A DNA stretch of 64,000 nucleotides from Roseibacillus sp. (GCA_965242925.1 CBDEUM010000004.1:79031-143030); one strand, 5' to 3'. Positions 10,105 through 21,371 are shown, counted from the stretch's first letter. Numbers and translations: made by a program. Notes: a model not told the origin generated them from the letters alone.

Positions 10105-10701
10105 TCAGGATGGACCGTTCTGGCGTCCGAGGCTCTCGACATACTTGGCCAGGATGTCCGCTTCCAGATTGACCCGCTGGCCGGGACGGGCTGACTGGAG
10201 GTTGGTGGCCTCGAAGGTATGAGGCGTGATCCAGAAGAGGGCGGATTTTTCCCGGAGTTCGGCAATGGTCAGGGAGATCCCGTCCACTGCCAGGGAGCCG
10301 CGGGGAATGCAGTAGCGCATCACGTCCGGGGGGAGCGTCACTTCGTAGCGGTGGTCCTGGCCGTGGGAAGAAAGATCGATGATTTCACCGGTGCCGTCGA
10401 CGTGTCCCTGCACGAAATGTCCACCAAGACGTCCGTCTGCCGGGAGGGCCCGCTCCAGGTTGACCAGATCACCGTTCCGCAGGCCGTCCAGCGAGGTGAC
10501 CGAGAGGGTCTGGGTAAGGACGTCAAATCCGGCAGTGCCGCCCTCCTGGTGCGCCACCGTGAGGCAGCATCCGTTGATGGACACGCTTTCCCCGATGGCG
10601 AGGGAATCCGCGGAGGGAACCTCAACCACCAGACGGGCCTGCTCATCAAGCGTTTCAAGCGAGGCGACGTGCCCGGTTGCTTCGACCAGTCCCGTGAACA
10701 T
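10105..10701 (-). CDS. ribE: Riboflavin synthase
   Basis: MFTGLVE start; NGCCLT, VNLERAL, GGHFVQGHVDG and DGISLT motifs. Confidence 0.92.
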   Translation of the reverse strand: MFTGLVEATGHVASLETLDEQARLVVEVPSADSLAIGESVSINGCCLTVAHQEGGTAGFDVLTQTLSVTSLDGLRNGDLVNLERALPADGRLGGHFVQGHVDGTGEIIDLSSHGQDHRYEVTLPPDVMRYCIPRGSLAVDGISLTIAELREKSALFWITPHTFEATNLQSARPGQRVNLEADILAKYVESLGRQNGPS

Positions 10702-10710
10702 AGGCGATGG

Positions 10711-12342
10711 TTATAGGAGCATGAATGCCATCCCGACGATGACCGTGGGCACGAGGGCAGCAAGAGCGAGTTTGGCAGGGGAAACGCCCCCCTGGAAGAA
10801 CCGGCCCAGGATGGCCTGGCCGGCTGGATTCGGGGCATTGGCGATCACGGTGAGTCCCCCGCCCGTGACGGCACCGGCAACGACGGCATACTTGGCGGCG
10901 TCGGTCAGCTGGGGGGCCTGGGAGGCGAGGTAGGTGACCGCTGCATTGTCGTTGAAGGCAGTAAGGGTGGCCGCTCCGCTCATGAGAATCCACTCATTAT
11001 GAAAGGTGGTGAGGAGGAGCTCAATCCACCAACCCTGGCATCCGCCGTGTACCACCAGCCCGGCCAGGAAACATCCCACCAGGAGGGGCATGCGCATCCT
11101 GACGTCGTTCTGGTGGTGACCGGTAGCCTCGGTGAAACCCAGGAGGATGAGGAATCCGCCGAGGAAAAGCGGGGGATAGTGTGCCATGAAGACCGTCCAG
11201 CCGAGGAAAAGAAGATGAATGGCGGTTATGACGGGAGGAATAGCATCCTCCCGATCCTCCCAGCGCGCGGGCTGATTCGGATCATGTAGGCTGGGAGGAT
11301 TCTCAAGATCGGAGAATTGCCTGCGGAAGAGAAGGAAATAGAGGGAGTTGGAGAGGATGATGCCGAGGATGGCCTTCCAGCCGAAGTTGGTGATCATGAA
11401 CCCCATGTCCCAATCCCATCGTTCGGCCACCATGAGGACCGGAGGGGCGGCAAACTGGGTGAGGGTGCCACCGACGGAGACGTTCACGAACAGAAGACCG
11501 ATGGTGGCATAAGCGAAGGTGGAACTTGGTTTCAGGGAGTAGAACCTTTTGGCCAGCAGGAGGGCCGCAATGGTCATGGCCGCCGGTTCGGTGATGAAGG
11601 AACCCAGGAGGGGAGTGAGGGTCAGGGTGGAGAACCACCACGCCGCCGGGGTGCCGCCGAAAAGGCAGGCCACCCTGTTGACACAGGCTTCAGAGAGCCG
11701 GATGACGGGTCGGGTGGCGGCGATGGCCATGATGACAATGACGAAGAGCGGTTCGGTGTAGGTGACGTCGTGACCGAGGTAGTGCTGGACCTCTCCGATT
11801 CCGTGCAGGAACCCGTTTCCGGGGGCGATGCCCTGGCACCAGACAACCGCTCCCGCGAGGGCGATGACCCAGATACCAAAGACAGCCTCAACCTCTCCCA
11901 GGGTATGGAAGAACCAGGCGCGGAAGGAGACGTCGTCCTTGGCGTCTTCCTCCGGTTTATCAACCGCCCTCCGCCTCTTCTCCTCGATCACCTTGCGGTG
12001 CCGGGCCTCATGGAGGTGAGCCCTTTCCTTGAAGACTCCCGAGAGGAAGGTGTGGAGAATGGCGCAGGCAAAGATGATGGTTGCGATCAGGTTGAAATGG
12101 TGCTGCGCAACTGCCCTTTTCCTGAGCTTTTCCCAGAGGGTGTTGTCCTTTCCTTCAAAGGCCACATGGTCGGGATCGGTGTAGGCCGGCAGGGGCAGGG
12201 GAAAATGGGCGTGCTGATCCTTCTCGAGCTTCCACTTCCCCCCCCTGGGGTAGGAGGGCTCCTGATCGCTGGCCGCGGAGGCAGGGCCCAGTCCTGAGAG
12301 GAGGATGAGGGCTAACAGGAGAAGGGCGCGCGCGCTGGTCAT
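10711..12342 (-). CDS. Putative Na+/H+ antiporter (DUF1504-like)
   Basis: Multi-TM protein; GEVEAVFG, GSFITEPAAMT, NVSVGGTLT, TAFNDNAA and GGGLTVIANAPNPAG motifs. Confidence 0.75.
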   Translation of the reverse strand: MTSARALLLLALILLSGLGPASAASDQEPSYPRGGKWKLEKDQHAHFPLPLPAYTDPDHVAFEGKDNTLWEKLRKRAVAQHHFNLIATIIFACAILHTFLSGVFKERAHLHEARHRKVIEEKRRRAVDKPEEDAKDDVSFRAWFFHTLGEVEAVFGIWVIALAGAVVWCQGIAPGNGFLHGIGEVQHYLGHDVTYTEPLFVIVIMAIAATRPVIRLSEACVNRVACLFGGTPAAWWFSTLTLTPLLGSFITEPAAMTIAALLLAKRFYSLKPSSTFAYATIGLLFVNVSVGGTLTQFAAPPVLMVAERWDWDMGFMITNFGWKAILGIILSNSLYFLLFRRQFSDLENPPSLHDPNQPARWEDREDAIPPVITAIHLLFLGWTVFMAHYPPLFLGGFLILLGFTEATGHHQNDVRMRMPLLVGCFLAGLVVHGGCQGWWIELLLTTFHNEWILMSGAATLTAFNDNAAVTYLASQAPQLTDAAKYAVVAGAVTGGGLTVIANAPNPAGQAILGRFFQGGVSPAKLALAALVPTVIVGMAFMLL

Positions 12343-12425
12343 CGTTGGGGAGGGACTTTAAGCTCCGCCCTTGCAGGGGCAATGACAATTGGGTGTCTTG
12401 CCTGAAGCCTGTTTCGAGGTAGGCT

Positions 12426-13382
12426 ATGTGCGTGATGAGGACCTCGACAGGGTTGCTGATGGTTTCCCTCGCAGCTGGACTGATCTCTTCCTGTAGCCGG
12501 ATTCAACGGCTGTCGCAGGGGGAACCTGAACCCAGTCCGGCGGAAGCCTTCCAGGTTCCCTCCATGTTCCAGCGCGGTGGAGGAAGGGGGAATGCCCAGG
12601 TCAAGGTGACTCTTGAGGATGCCTCTGAGTTAACGCCGGAGAATGCGGATCGGATCCGGAGCCGGGAGAAAGATCTGATGTGGACAGACCCCGACAATCC
12701 CGAACAAGGGTTGGAGGGGTTGGAAGAGGTCATGGCCGAGAGCTCCCGCAGGGGGCCCTGGCTCACCAGTTACTCGGAAGCCCGGCGGACGGCCATGCGC
12801 GAGGGAAAACCCATACTCGTCTGGTTCACCGATACGCAGTTCAGTCCGCTCTGCCGCTCCCTGGATGCCGAGGTCTTCTCCAAGGCTCCGTTCAAACAGT
12901 GGGCGTCAGGATCGGTAGTTCGGGTGCGACTAGATTTCAATGTGAAGGGACGGAGTGGGGGACCAGGTCGCTCCGCAATGGACGACAGGGTGCGTAAAGA
13001 GAACTACCTGCAGGCTATCAAGGAACGCTACAGGGTGCTGGGCCTTCCCACGGTGCTTGTCATGAACCCGGATGGGACCGTGGTGTCCCGCTACCGGGGC
13101 TACAAGAAGAGCTACTTCGACTTTTATCTGGCCCGGCTGAAGAACGATGCCGGGCGTGCTGTCCAACTTCACCGGAAGTGGCAGGATAGCATGGAACGGC
13201 GTGGCTATCGGGAGTGGAAGGATGCCCGGGGGCGGACAGTCTTTGCGAAGCTGGCCCGATACCGTGGAGGGGACATGATCCTGGTCGAACCTGATGGCAA
13301 GCGTCTCAGTGCAAAGGAAAACAATCTCTCCGGTGCCGACCGGGCGTGGATAGCGACCGCAAAGGCGAAAAGCGGTAATTAG
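12426..13382 (+). CDS. Lipoprotein with thioredoxin-like fold and C-terminal SHD1-like domain
   Basis: Lipobox LISSC; W..SYSEA...A..EGKPILVWFT...SPLC; C-terminal REWKDARGRTVFAKL...LSGADRAWI. Confidence 0.65.
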   Translation: MCVMRTSTGLLMVSLAAGLISSCSRIQRLSQGEPEPSPAEAFQVPSMFQRGGGRGNAQVKVTLEDASELTPENADRIRSREKDLMWTDPDNPEQGLEGLEEVMAESSRRGPWLTSYSEARRTAMREGKPILVWFTDTQFSPLCRSLDAEVFSKAPFKQWASGSVVRVRLDFNVKGRSGGPGRSAMDDRVRKENYLQAIKERYRVLGLPTVLVMNPDGTVVSRYRGYKKSYFDFYLARLKNDAGRAVQLHRKWQDSMERRGYREWKDARGRTVFAKLARYRGGDMILVEPDGKRLSAKENNLSGADRAWIATAKAKSGN

Positions 13383-13465
13383 ATCATTTGTGATTGGTTA
13401 TCGAGGCGGGGAGGGAGCACAGTCCCGCCGAAGAGGCGCAAAGAGCGCTTAATCATCAAACCTCC

Positions 13466-14392
13466 ATGGAGAACGTTATCATTATCGGGACCGGTTGCGC
13501 TGGTTGGACAGCCGCCATCTACACGGCACGGGCAAACTTGGAACCCATCGTCCTTGCCGGGGATCAGATCGGCGGGCAGTTGACCACGACCAGCGAGGTT
13601 GAGAACTACCCGGGGTTCCCGGAGGGGGTGGATGGCTCGACCCTCATGTTCGGCATGCAACAACAGGCCGAAAAATTCGGAGCCAGCATCGAATACAGGA
13701 CGGTAGACCGGGTCGACAGGGTGGATGACGGAACCTTCGTGGTGCACTGTGGGGAGGAGCAACTTGAAGCAAGGACTGTGATTGTGGCTACCGGAGCCCG
13801 TCCCCGCCTTCTTGGATTGCCCAACGAAGAGAATGGCAAGAACGGGTTGACCACCTGTGCGACCTGCGACGGGGCCTTCTACAGGGACATGCCGGTGGCG
13901 GTGATTGGAGGTGGAGACTCTGCCTGCGAGGAGGCAACTTTTCTCACCAGGTTCGCCACCAGGGTCTACCTCATCCATCGGCGTGATGAACTCCGGGCTT
14001 CCAAGATCATGGCCGAGCGGGCGCTCGCCCATGAGAAGATTGAACCAGTCTGGAACAGCGAGCTCACAGCCTACCATCCCGGAGAGGATGGCAAGATGGA
14101 GTCAGTGAGCATCCGCAACCGGGAAACCGGGGAGGAGGGCGCCCTTGAGGTGAAAGGTGTTTTCATTGCCATCGGGCACGTTCCGAACAGTGGATTCCTC
14201 AATGGCCTCGCGGACCTCGACGAGAGTGGCTACATCCTCCAGCTTCCCGGAAAGACCGCGACAAAGACACCCGGGCTCTATGCCGCGGGCGATGTAGCGG
14301 ATCATTATTACCGCCAGGCCATCACCGCTGCGGGTCAGGGATGCGCCGCCGCACTGGAAGCGGAGCGTTATCTTGCGGATCAGGAAGATTAG
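13466..14392 (+). CDS. trxB: Thioredoxin reductase
   Basis: [28 protein letters not shown] and AAGDV motifs; start placed at ATG 13466. Confidence 0.92.
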   Translation: MENVIIIGTGCAGWTAAIYTARANLEPIVLAGDQIGGQLTTTSEVENYPGFPEGVDGSTLMFGMQQQAEKFGASIEYRTVDRVDRVDDGTFVVHCGEEQLEARTVIVATGARPRLLGLPNEENGKNGLTTCATCDGAFYRDMPVAVIGGGDSACEEATFLTRFATRVYLIHRRDELRASKIMAERALAHEKIEPVWNSELTAYHPGEDGKMESVSIRNRETGEEGALEVKGVFIAIGHVPNSGFLNGLADLDESGYILQLPGKTATKTPGLYAAGDVADHYYRQAITAAGQGCAAALEAERYLADQED

Positions 14393-14578
14393 GAGAATCG
14401 AAGAAAACCGTACCACTTGATAAAAATGATGCGGAATTCCTGTCAGCTCTCCGCATGAGAGGACCAGAAGAGCTGCCTTCCCACCCGTTTGCCAGTATTG
14501 GCAGCTGCTCCCCGTATAATGCCGTGAAAGTAGTGACAGCGACGGGGTTCAGCGGCATTATCACTCAGACGCATTGAT

Positions 14579-16300
14579 ATGACAGAATTGCTGATTGGCC
14601 CGGCCAGGAACACAGGATGCCGTGATATTGACGGTCTCTCGGAGGTAATTGTTGCTGCTGCAGCCGGACAACGAAGTCCCCTGGATGACATCCTCGATGC
14701 GGAGATGGTCGACGAGGAACCTTATATGCGAAGTCTCTCCGCAGCCCTTGGTCTCCATTGGCTGGATGAGATCCCGGCGCCGCTTGAGCCTCTCCCGCTC
14801 AGGAAGATCTGCGGACCTCAGGTTGCCTTGCGCCACCGGATCCTACCGGTCGAGTTCGAGGGGAGCGAGGAGCATGGCACCGAGCGTCTCGTGATCGTAA
14901 CATATGACCCGTTCAATCTCGCCGCCCGTCAGGCCGCGGTGCAGGCTGTGGACATGCCCATCGTGTGGCGGATGGCTTCACGGCGCAGGGTTCATGACGG
15001 TCTGCGCCGTCTCTACGGGGTTGGAGCCGACACGTTCGAGCAGATTCTGGAGGGCCGGGATCTCGACTATGACAATCTTGAGCAGAAGGACGAGGCCAGC
15101 GTAATCGACGAGGACGAGGACGAGGAGGCCAGCGTGGTCAAGTTCGTGAACCAGATTATCCGGGAGGCCCTCGACCAACGCGCCACGGATATCCATGTCG
15201 AGCCTCTTGCGGAAAATCTGCGCATCCGCTACCGGGTGGACGGTGTGCTGGTGGATATCGCAGTGCCTGAGAACATCAAAGCCCTGCAAAGCTCGGTGAT
15301 TGCACGCCTGAAGATCATGTCGCGTCTCGACATTGCAGAGCGGCGTTTGCCACAGGATGGACGGATCAATTTGTCCTTTGAGGGATCCGGGATCGACGTG
15401 CGGGTCGCCACGGTGCCTACGGTGGAAGGAGAAAGCGTGAGTCTCCGTCTTCTGAACCAGCAGAGATTCAATGTGGAGATGCTTTCTCTTGAAGCGGAGG
15501 TAAAGGAGAAGATCGATCGCCTTCTTAAGCTCGCCAATGGCATCATTCTGATTACCGGTCCAACTGGATCGGGAAAGTCGACCACTCTGTATTCCTTCCT
15601 GTCGGAGGTGAATGCACCGGAGACGAGGATTGTGACAATCGAGGACCCGGTGGAGAACAAGCTTGATGGGGTGATGCAGATAGCGGTGAAATCCGAGATC
15701 GGGCTCACTTTCGCGAGTGGTCTGCGCTCCATTCTCCGGGCTGACCCGGACATAGTGATGATTGGGGAGATTCGCGATCTGGAAACCGCGGAAATCGCCA
15801 TTCGGGCCTCGTTGACGGGACACCTTGTGTTCAGCACACTCCATACTAACGATGCCCTGGGTGGTATCGGCCGTCTCACCGACATGGGGGTGGAGCCATT
15901 CCTTCTGTCCGCCGCGGTAAGGGCCTTTCTTGCCCAGCGTCTCGTTCGTCGCCTCTGCCGGAGTTGTCGGCGACCAGTCTCCCTGACCGATGAGGAAAAA
16001 CGCGCGCTGGGAATTCCACCTGGTATAGCGGGAACCCCCTATGAGGCGGTTGGATGTGATCATTGCCGTAACACCGGTTTCTCGGGCCGCCTGGCCATAT
16101 ACGAGATCGTGCTGCTGACCCTGCCCATGCAGGACCTCATCGCGCACGGAACCCCGGCCAGCGAGGTGAAGGCCCTGGCGGTCAAGGAAGGGTATGTGCC
16201 GATGCGGGAATATGGTTGGTCCAAGGTGATGCAGGGCGAAACCACCATTGAGGAAGTGATTTCGGTAACCAGCTCTGATCTCGGGGGAGGAGAGGAGTAG
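14579..16300 (+). CDS. GspE/PilB family secretion or pilus assembly ATPase
   Basis: ATDIHVEP, RLPQDGR, Walker A GPTGSGKST, LRADPD, GEIRD, TGHLVFSTLHTN; two CxxC motifs. Confidence 0.9.
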   Translation: MTELLIGPARNTGCRDIDGLSEVIVAAAAGQRSPLDDILDAEMVDEEPYMRSLSAALGLHWLDEIPAPLEPLPLRKICGPQVALRHRILPVEFEGSEEHGTERLVIVTYDPFNLAARQAAVQAVDMPIVWRMASRRRVHDGLRRLYGVGADTFEQILEGRDLDYDNLEQKDEASVIDEDEDEEASVVKFVNQIIREALDQRATDIHVEPLAENLRIRYRVDGVLVDIAVPENIKALQSSVIARLKIMSRLDIAERRLPQDGRINLSFEGSGIDVRVATVPTVEGESVSLRLLNQQRFNVEMLSLEAEVKEKIDRLLKLANGIILITGPTGSGKSTTLYSFLSEVNAPETRIVTIEDPVENKLDGVMQIAVKSEIGLTFASGLRSILRADPDIVMIGEIRDLETAEIAIRASLTGHLVFSTLHTNDALGGIGRLTDMGVEPFLLSAAVRAFLAQRLVRRLCRSCRRPVSLTDEEKRALGIPPGIAGTPYEAVGCDHCRNTGFSGRLAIYEIVLLTLPMQDLIAHGTPASEVKALAVKEGYVPMREYGWSKVMQGETTIEEVISVTSSDLGGGEE

Positions 16301-16324
16301 GCGAGCTGAGAATAATAATTCGCC

Positions 16325-17617
16325 ATGCCACTTTTTGCCTACAAAGCCCTGAGGGGCGGAGCGGTCACCAACGGTGTGATCGAAGCAAATGATCGCCGGG
16401 AAGCATTGCGCATGCTGGATCTACAGGGTTTGCAACCGGTGAAGGTGACCGACACCGGGAAGGGAACCGACCGCAAACCGGAGGCCGCCCCGGTCGCGGG
16501 GGAGAAAAAGAGAGGGGAACGTTCCCCCAGCGCTGCATCCGTCGCTGAAAAGGAGATTCCGGAGGGGCCCGTCAAGCTCAAGCGATCTGATGTGGTTCTC
16601 TTCACCGAGGAACTCAGTGACATGCTGGCAGCTGGATTGCAGCTGGAGCCCGCCCTGCGAGCGATGGAGGGGCGCCAGGAACTCGGAAACCTCAAGATCG
16701 TTTCGGTCAAGCTGCGCCAGATTGTCCGGGATGGAAACAGCTTCTCAAATGCGCTTAACCGCGTGAGCCCCAGTTTTGGTCCGCTCTATTGTTCACTGGC
16801 GGCGGCAGGAGAGGCCAGTGGCGCTCTGGATACCATCCTGCAGCGCCAGGCCCATTACCTTAAAACCCTTCAGGAACTGCAGGGGCGTGTGACCCTGGCG
16901 TTGATCTATCCGGCCTTCCTCATGTTTTCCGGGATCATGGTTTCGATTATTTTCGTGACGAAGCTGATCCCGCAATTGACCAGCCTGCTCGAGAGTACGC
17001 CAGGTGCGGAAATGCCGGTAGGGGCGAAAATCCTGATTGCTCTCAGTGGATTCTTTTCAAAATGGTGGCCCGTCCTGCTGCTGCTCGTGGTGGCGACGGG
17101 CGTTCTTTTCAAGGCCTGGAAGGACGCTGAGGCCAACAAGCCGGCATGGGACCGGATCAAGCTCCGCCTGCCCCTCTTCGGACGCGTGGTGGAGCACCGC
17201 TTTTTCGTTCAGTTTCTGGAAACGATGGCCAATCTGGTAGGGAACGGATTGCCGCTGTTGCGAGCCCTCCAGTTGACCAAGGATGCTACTCCGAACATTC
17301 ACCTGCGGGCACACCTGGAGGAGATGATTGAGATGGTGGGAGATGGACGCTCGCTCTCGAAGTCGATGGTCCGGGCGAAAATCTTTCCCTCGCTTCTGAT
17401 CGACATGGTGGCGGTTGGCGAGCAGACGGGAAAGATCGACGAGGCCCTCCAGCGGGCCGCGACTCGTTACGACAAGGAGTTGAACAATTCCCTGCAGCGG
17501 ATCATGGCTCTGATCATGCCGGCGGTCCTGATCATCATGGCACTTCTTATCGGAACGATGGCCTATCTGATGATTACCGCGATCTTCCAGACCATCAATA
17601 GCCTGAGTGGAAGGTGA
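16325..17617 (+). CDS. GspF/PilC inner-membrane platform protein
   Basis: AGEASGAL, YP and GEQTGKID motifs with three TM segments; follows the GspE gene. Confidence 0.88.
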   Translation: MPLFAYKALRGGAVTNGVIEANDRREALRMLDLQGLQPVKVTDTGKGTDRKPEAAPVAGEKKRGERSPSAASVAEKEIPEGPVKLKRSDVVLFTEELSDMLAAGLQLEPALRAMEGRQELGNLKIVSVKLRQIVRDGNSFSNALNRVSPSFGPLYCSLAAAGEASGALDTILQRQAHYLKTLQELQGRVTLALIYPAFLMFSGIMVSIIFVTKLIPQLTSLLESTPGAEMPVGAKILIALSGFFSKWWPVLLLLVVATGVLFKAWKDAEANKPAWDRIKLRLPLFGRVVEHRFFVQFLETMANLVGNGLPLLRALQLTKDATPNIHLRAHLEEMIEMVGDGRSLSKSMVRAKIFPSLLIDMVAVGEQTGKIDEALQRAATRYDKELNNSLQRIMALIMPAVLIIMALLIGTMAYLMITAIFQTINSLSGR

Positions 17618-17638
17618 CCGCGTGGTGGCTGGAGGTCG

Positions 17639-19243
17639 CTATGGCCCGTCCTCCAGCACGATCCGCGGAAAGACCGGCTTGGCTTTCCCCGTCTGGTGTC
17701 CGGAAGGGAGCAGACCCCAGTGGAGACTGTCGAGGGTGCAGGGTGCAAGATCCCCGGCGCGGAGCTGGTCGAGGATTTTTGCGGCGGCGGTGGGAAGGAA
17801 AGGCGAGAGCAGGACGGCAAGGTGAGCGCAGGATTCGCAGAGGTGGGACAGGATTGTTGCCACCCGGTCGCTCTGTGTTTCATCCTTGCGTAGTTCAAAC
17901 GGTGGGTTTTTCTCGATGAACTGGTTGCAATGCACCACGTGGCGATTGATGGATTTGAGGGCGCCTGGAAGATCATGCTCATCCATGGCGGCAAGATAAG
18001 CGCTGGTTGCCGAGGAGAGGGATTCGCGAACCCCTGCACAGGCCTCATCCTCGTAGTCGTTGCTGATCAACGCTCCGCCAAGGAAGCGCTTCGTCATGTT
18101 AAGCGATCGATTGAGGAGGTTGCCAAGATCGTTGGCTAGTTCGGAGTTGAAGAGAGTAATAAGGCGTGCCACGTCAAAGGCGCTGTCCTTGCCTGTCACG
18201 ATGTCGCGCACAAGGTAGTAGCGGACCGCGTCCACCCCGAACCGGTCGGCCAGTTCGCCGGGATCAACGACATTCCCAAGGGATTTGGACATTTTCTCTT
18301 CGGCATCACCTCCCGTGTCAGAATTGCCACTGACTTTCCTGATGTTCCACCAACCGTGAACCAGGAGGGTGGGCATCTCCTGGTCGCTAAAACCCATCGC
18401 GTGGAGCATGCAGGGCCAGTAAATCGAGTGGGCGGGGACGAGGATGTCCTTGCCGATGATCTGGGTGTTGGCCGGCCAGAGGTTCCCAAATTCGGGCAAG
18501 TCACTTTCCTCGTCCTTCCGATAGCCAGCGAAGGAGACGTAGTTGATGAGGGCATCGAACCAGACGTAGGTGACAAAGTCTGGATCGAAGGGAAATTCGA
18601 TGCCCCAATGCAGGCGTTCCCTGGGCCGGGAGATGCAGAGATCGGTTTCCCCCGCGCGATCGATGGCGTTCAGCACCTCGGCTCGCCTGAATTCAGGGAA
18701 GATCCCAAAATCTCCAGAGCTTACCACCTCCTTGAGCCAGTCGGCGTGCTCAGAGAGCTTGAAATACCAGTTTTCCTCCTCCAGTTCGATCACCTCGCCC
18801 CATTCGTCGCCAAATTCACCCGCCTCGTTACGATCCTTCTCGGTAAGGTATTGTTCCTGCCGGACCGAATAGAATCCTCTGTAAGCTTTTTTGTAGAGTT
18901 GTCCCTCCTGATGAAGGGTCGTGAGGATCCTCTGGACACACCTTTTGTGATTTTGATCGGTCGTTTCGGCCCAGCCGTCGTAGTGCACTCCAAGTTTCTC
19001 CCAGAGCGCGAGAAACTTCCTGGTGTTACGTTGCGCGAGGGTGGCCACATTGACTTCTTCCCGATCCGCGGTCTGCTGCATTTTCTGCCCGTGCTGATCG
19101 ACCCCGGTGAGAAAGAACACCTCATCACCACACAAGCGGCGGTAACGGGCAATGACATCTGCCAGAACCTTTTCGTAGGCATGTCCGATATGGGGAAGCC
19201 CGTTGGGATAGTCGATGGCGGTGGTGATGAAGAACTTACTCAT
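17639..19243 (-). CDS. metG: Methionyl-tRNA synthetase, short form
   Basis: YPNGLPHIGH, YVWFDAL and KMSKS motifs; no C-terminal tRNA-binding domain. Confidence 0.93.
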   Translation of the reverse strand: MSKFFITTAIDYPNGLPHIGHAYEKVLADVIARYRRLCGDEVFFLTGVDQHGQKMQQTADREEVNVATLAQRNTRKFLALWEKLGVHYDGWAETTDQNHKRCVQRILTTLHQEGQLYKKAYRGFYSVRQEQYLTEKDRNEAGEFGDEWGEVIELEEENWYFKLSEHADWLKEVVSSGDFGIFPEFRRAEVLNAIDRAGETDLCISRPRERLHWGIEFPFDPDFVTYVWFDALINYVSFAGYRKDEESDLPEFGNLWPANTQIIGKDILVPAHSIYWPCMLHAMGFSDQEMPTLLVHGWWNIRKVSGNSDTGGDAEEKMSKSLGNVVDPGELADRFGVDAVRYYLVRDIVTGKDSAFDVARLITLFNSELANDLGNLLNRSLNMTKRFLGGALISNDYEDEACAGVRESLSSATSAYLAAMDEHDLPGALKSINRHVVHCNQFIEKNPPFELRKDETQSDRVATILSHLCESCAHLAVLLSPFLPTAAAKILDQLRAGDLAPCTLDSLHWGLLPSGHQTGKAKPVFPRIVLEDGP

Positions 19244-19511
19244 GCTTTTGTTCCGGCAGGGCAGAGATCTGATAGCGGATCAGGAGGAGATTGACCAGCG
19301 TTGCACAGATCGATGTTCACTGGTTCCCGCCGAAGGCCCCGGCCTTCGGGGGAGGGAGTCCGGGCCCGTTTCCAAGTGCCCTGGCCCGGGCGATGGGAAT
19401 TCACCGCGAACGGGACTTCGCAGCAGGTGGAAACAGGCGCCTCCCTCGCGACAGATCACAAGGTGCTCCGGTGACTCGGAGTGTGAATCCACCATGGTGC
19501 CGGCCGTCAGG

Positions 19512-21371
19512 TCAGCGGCGGGTCACAAGAACCTCGAATCCGGCCGAGGCGCGCTGCTGGGCGAACCAGTTCGCCACCGCTATGCGCCGGCTGAAGCTCT
19601 TGTGGGATTCGATCCGAATGTCGATCGTGGTGGCGAGATTAGGGTCCTCGTACACTTCACGTTTCTCCACGAAGAAGAAGAAGGATCGCGTGCCTCCCAG
19701 CGCCTCGTCGTCATCGGTTATCGTTTCCGAGAGGGCACCGGGGTTCACCTGGGAGGCCTTCTCGTATTCGCGGCGCACCACTCCCATCCGTCCGTCCCCG
19801 GTGATCTCCTTGCGCACCACCGGGTTGAGTTTGAGTTCCTTGGCCGTTTCGGTAAAACTCTTACCCGTTGCCATGGCTTCAGTAATCGCGGCATGGTGGC
19901 TGTTGGCTTCCTCCTCCATCGCCTTCATCGCCAACTCCCTGACGAGGTCCTTTTTGACCTCTTCCCTGGCGTCCTCGAAGCTGAGCTCGGATTCCTCCAC
20001 GACTTCTTCAATCTGGAAGTAGATCCATTGATCCTTCCCGATTCCGTGAACCTTGGTAGTGCCGGCGCTCCCGTTGAAGACGGCCTCGGCAGCAGTGCCC
20101 GGCGCGTTGCGGAAGGTGCTGCTGAAATCGCCGGGGAACTTGTCCTGCTCCACCAGGCCGGTGGACTTGAGCTCGAAGCCCAGGTCGGAAGCGGCCTTGG
20201 GGAGGGGGTCTCCGGCATCGACCTTCTCAAGAAGTTCGTCGAACTGCATGGCGAGGTCAAAAACAGCTTCGTTCTTTTCCTGATCAGTTAATTTGTCCTC
20301 GGGCTTGTCCTCGGGCTTGTCCTCGGGCTTGTCCTCGGGCTTGTCCTCGGGCTTGTCCTCGGGCTTGTCCTCGGGCTTGTCCTCGGGCTTGTCCTCGGGC
20401 TTGTCCTCGGGCTTGTCCTCGGGCTTGTCCTCGGTCTTGTCCTCGGGCTTGTCCTCGGGCTTGTCCTCGGGCTTGTCCTCGGGCTTGTCCTCGGGCTTGT
20501 CCTCGGGCTTGTCCTCGGGCTTGTCCTCGGGCTCCTGGCAAGCACCCTCGGCTTGTGCCCGCCGCCGGTTCTCCGGGTGAGGCAGGATCCGGGGTGCTGC
20601 CTGCTTCCGGGGTTTCCTTTGCCTTTACCAGTGCGGCGTAATCCGGAGCGGCGATAATATAGCTGACGCGACGCTTGGGATCAGATTGGTAGCTGCCCTT
20701 GTCGGAGTCCCACTTGCCCTTGATCTCTTCCTCGGTGGGCATGGGCTTGGCAAGGTAATCGGTTACGGGATAGGCGAGCACTTGATAGGAAATTCGTTGC
20801 TGCCGTGAGAGGTAATCGGAAAGAACGACCTCCCGGGAGGTTTCCACTCCGGCACCCAGGAGCTCCTCCAGCTTCTGGAAGCAGATCACCTCACCCATTA
20901 ACTCATTGAGATCCTTGACGGTCATGCCCAGGGATTGCAGTTCACTTCGAGAAATTCGGAATAGGCCCGCTGGTTGAATGCACCGTCCTCCCAGAAGAGG
21001 GTCTCTTTCAGGAAGATTTCGACCTCGGCAGTGGAGGCATGGATACCGAAACCCTCCATGGCCCGCTGCAGGCTCAGGCGATTGATAAGGTATTCGTCAA
21101 TATCAGGTCCGTTATCCCGCGAACCACCGACGAAGGTGAGATAGCCCTGCATCCCGTTTGATCTGCCATTGAGCAGGAGACGCTGAATCAGGCGGGTTGG
21201 TTTGACTGCAAAGCGGTCAAACTGCTGTCGGGTGAAGTCCTGGTCATGCGCGGTGACGACCTTGGGTCCGGTGAGAGACTGATTGGAGCTTCCGAAGAAT
21301 ACGAGCCCCACGAAAATCAGGATCAGGACCACGAACATCAGGCCGGTGTATTTACGGAAGGTCTCTAGCAT
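19512..21371 (-). pseudogene. PpiD/SurA-like membrane-anchored chaperone split by two compensating frameshifts (real or assembly error)
   Basis: MLETFRKYTG plus TM start typical of SurA_N/PpiD; three consecutive ORFs join if a base is added near 20945 and removed near 20558; first and last ORFs are in the same frame. Confidence 0.6.
20293..20532. repeat. Tandem repeat, 20 x 12 bp (TTGTCCTCGGGC), encoding (PEDK)n on the minus strand
   Basis: 20 copies with one variant TTGTCCTCGGTC at 20425-20436; the PEDK frame continues into LTDQEKNEAVFDLAMQFDELLEK. Confidence 0.97.

Noticed and set aside
20284..20580. (ARGQ)n, (SPRT)n and (LSSG)n repeat proteins
   Set aside because: These are alternative frames of the 12-bp repeat; only the PEDK frame continues into the downstream PpiD-like sequence.
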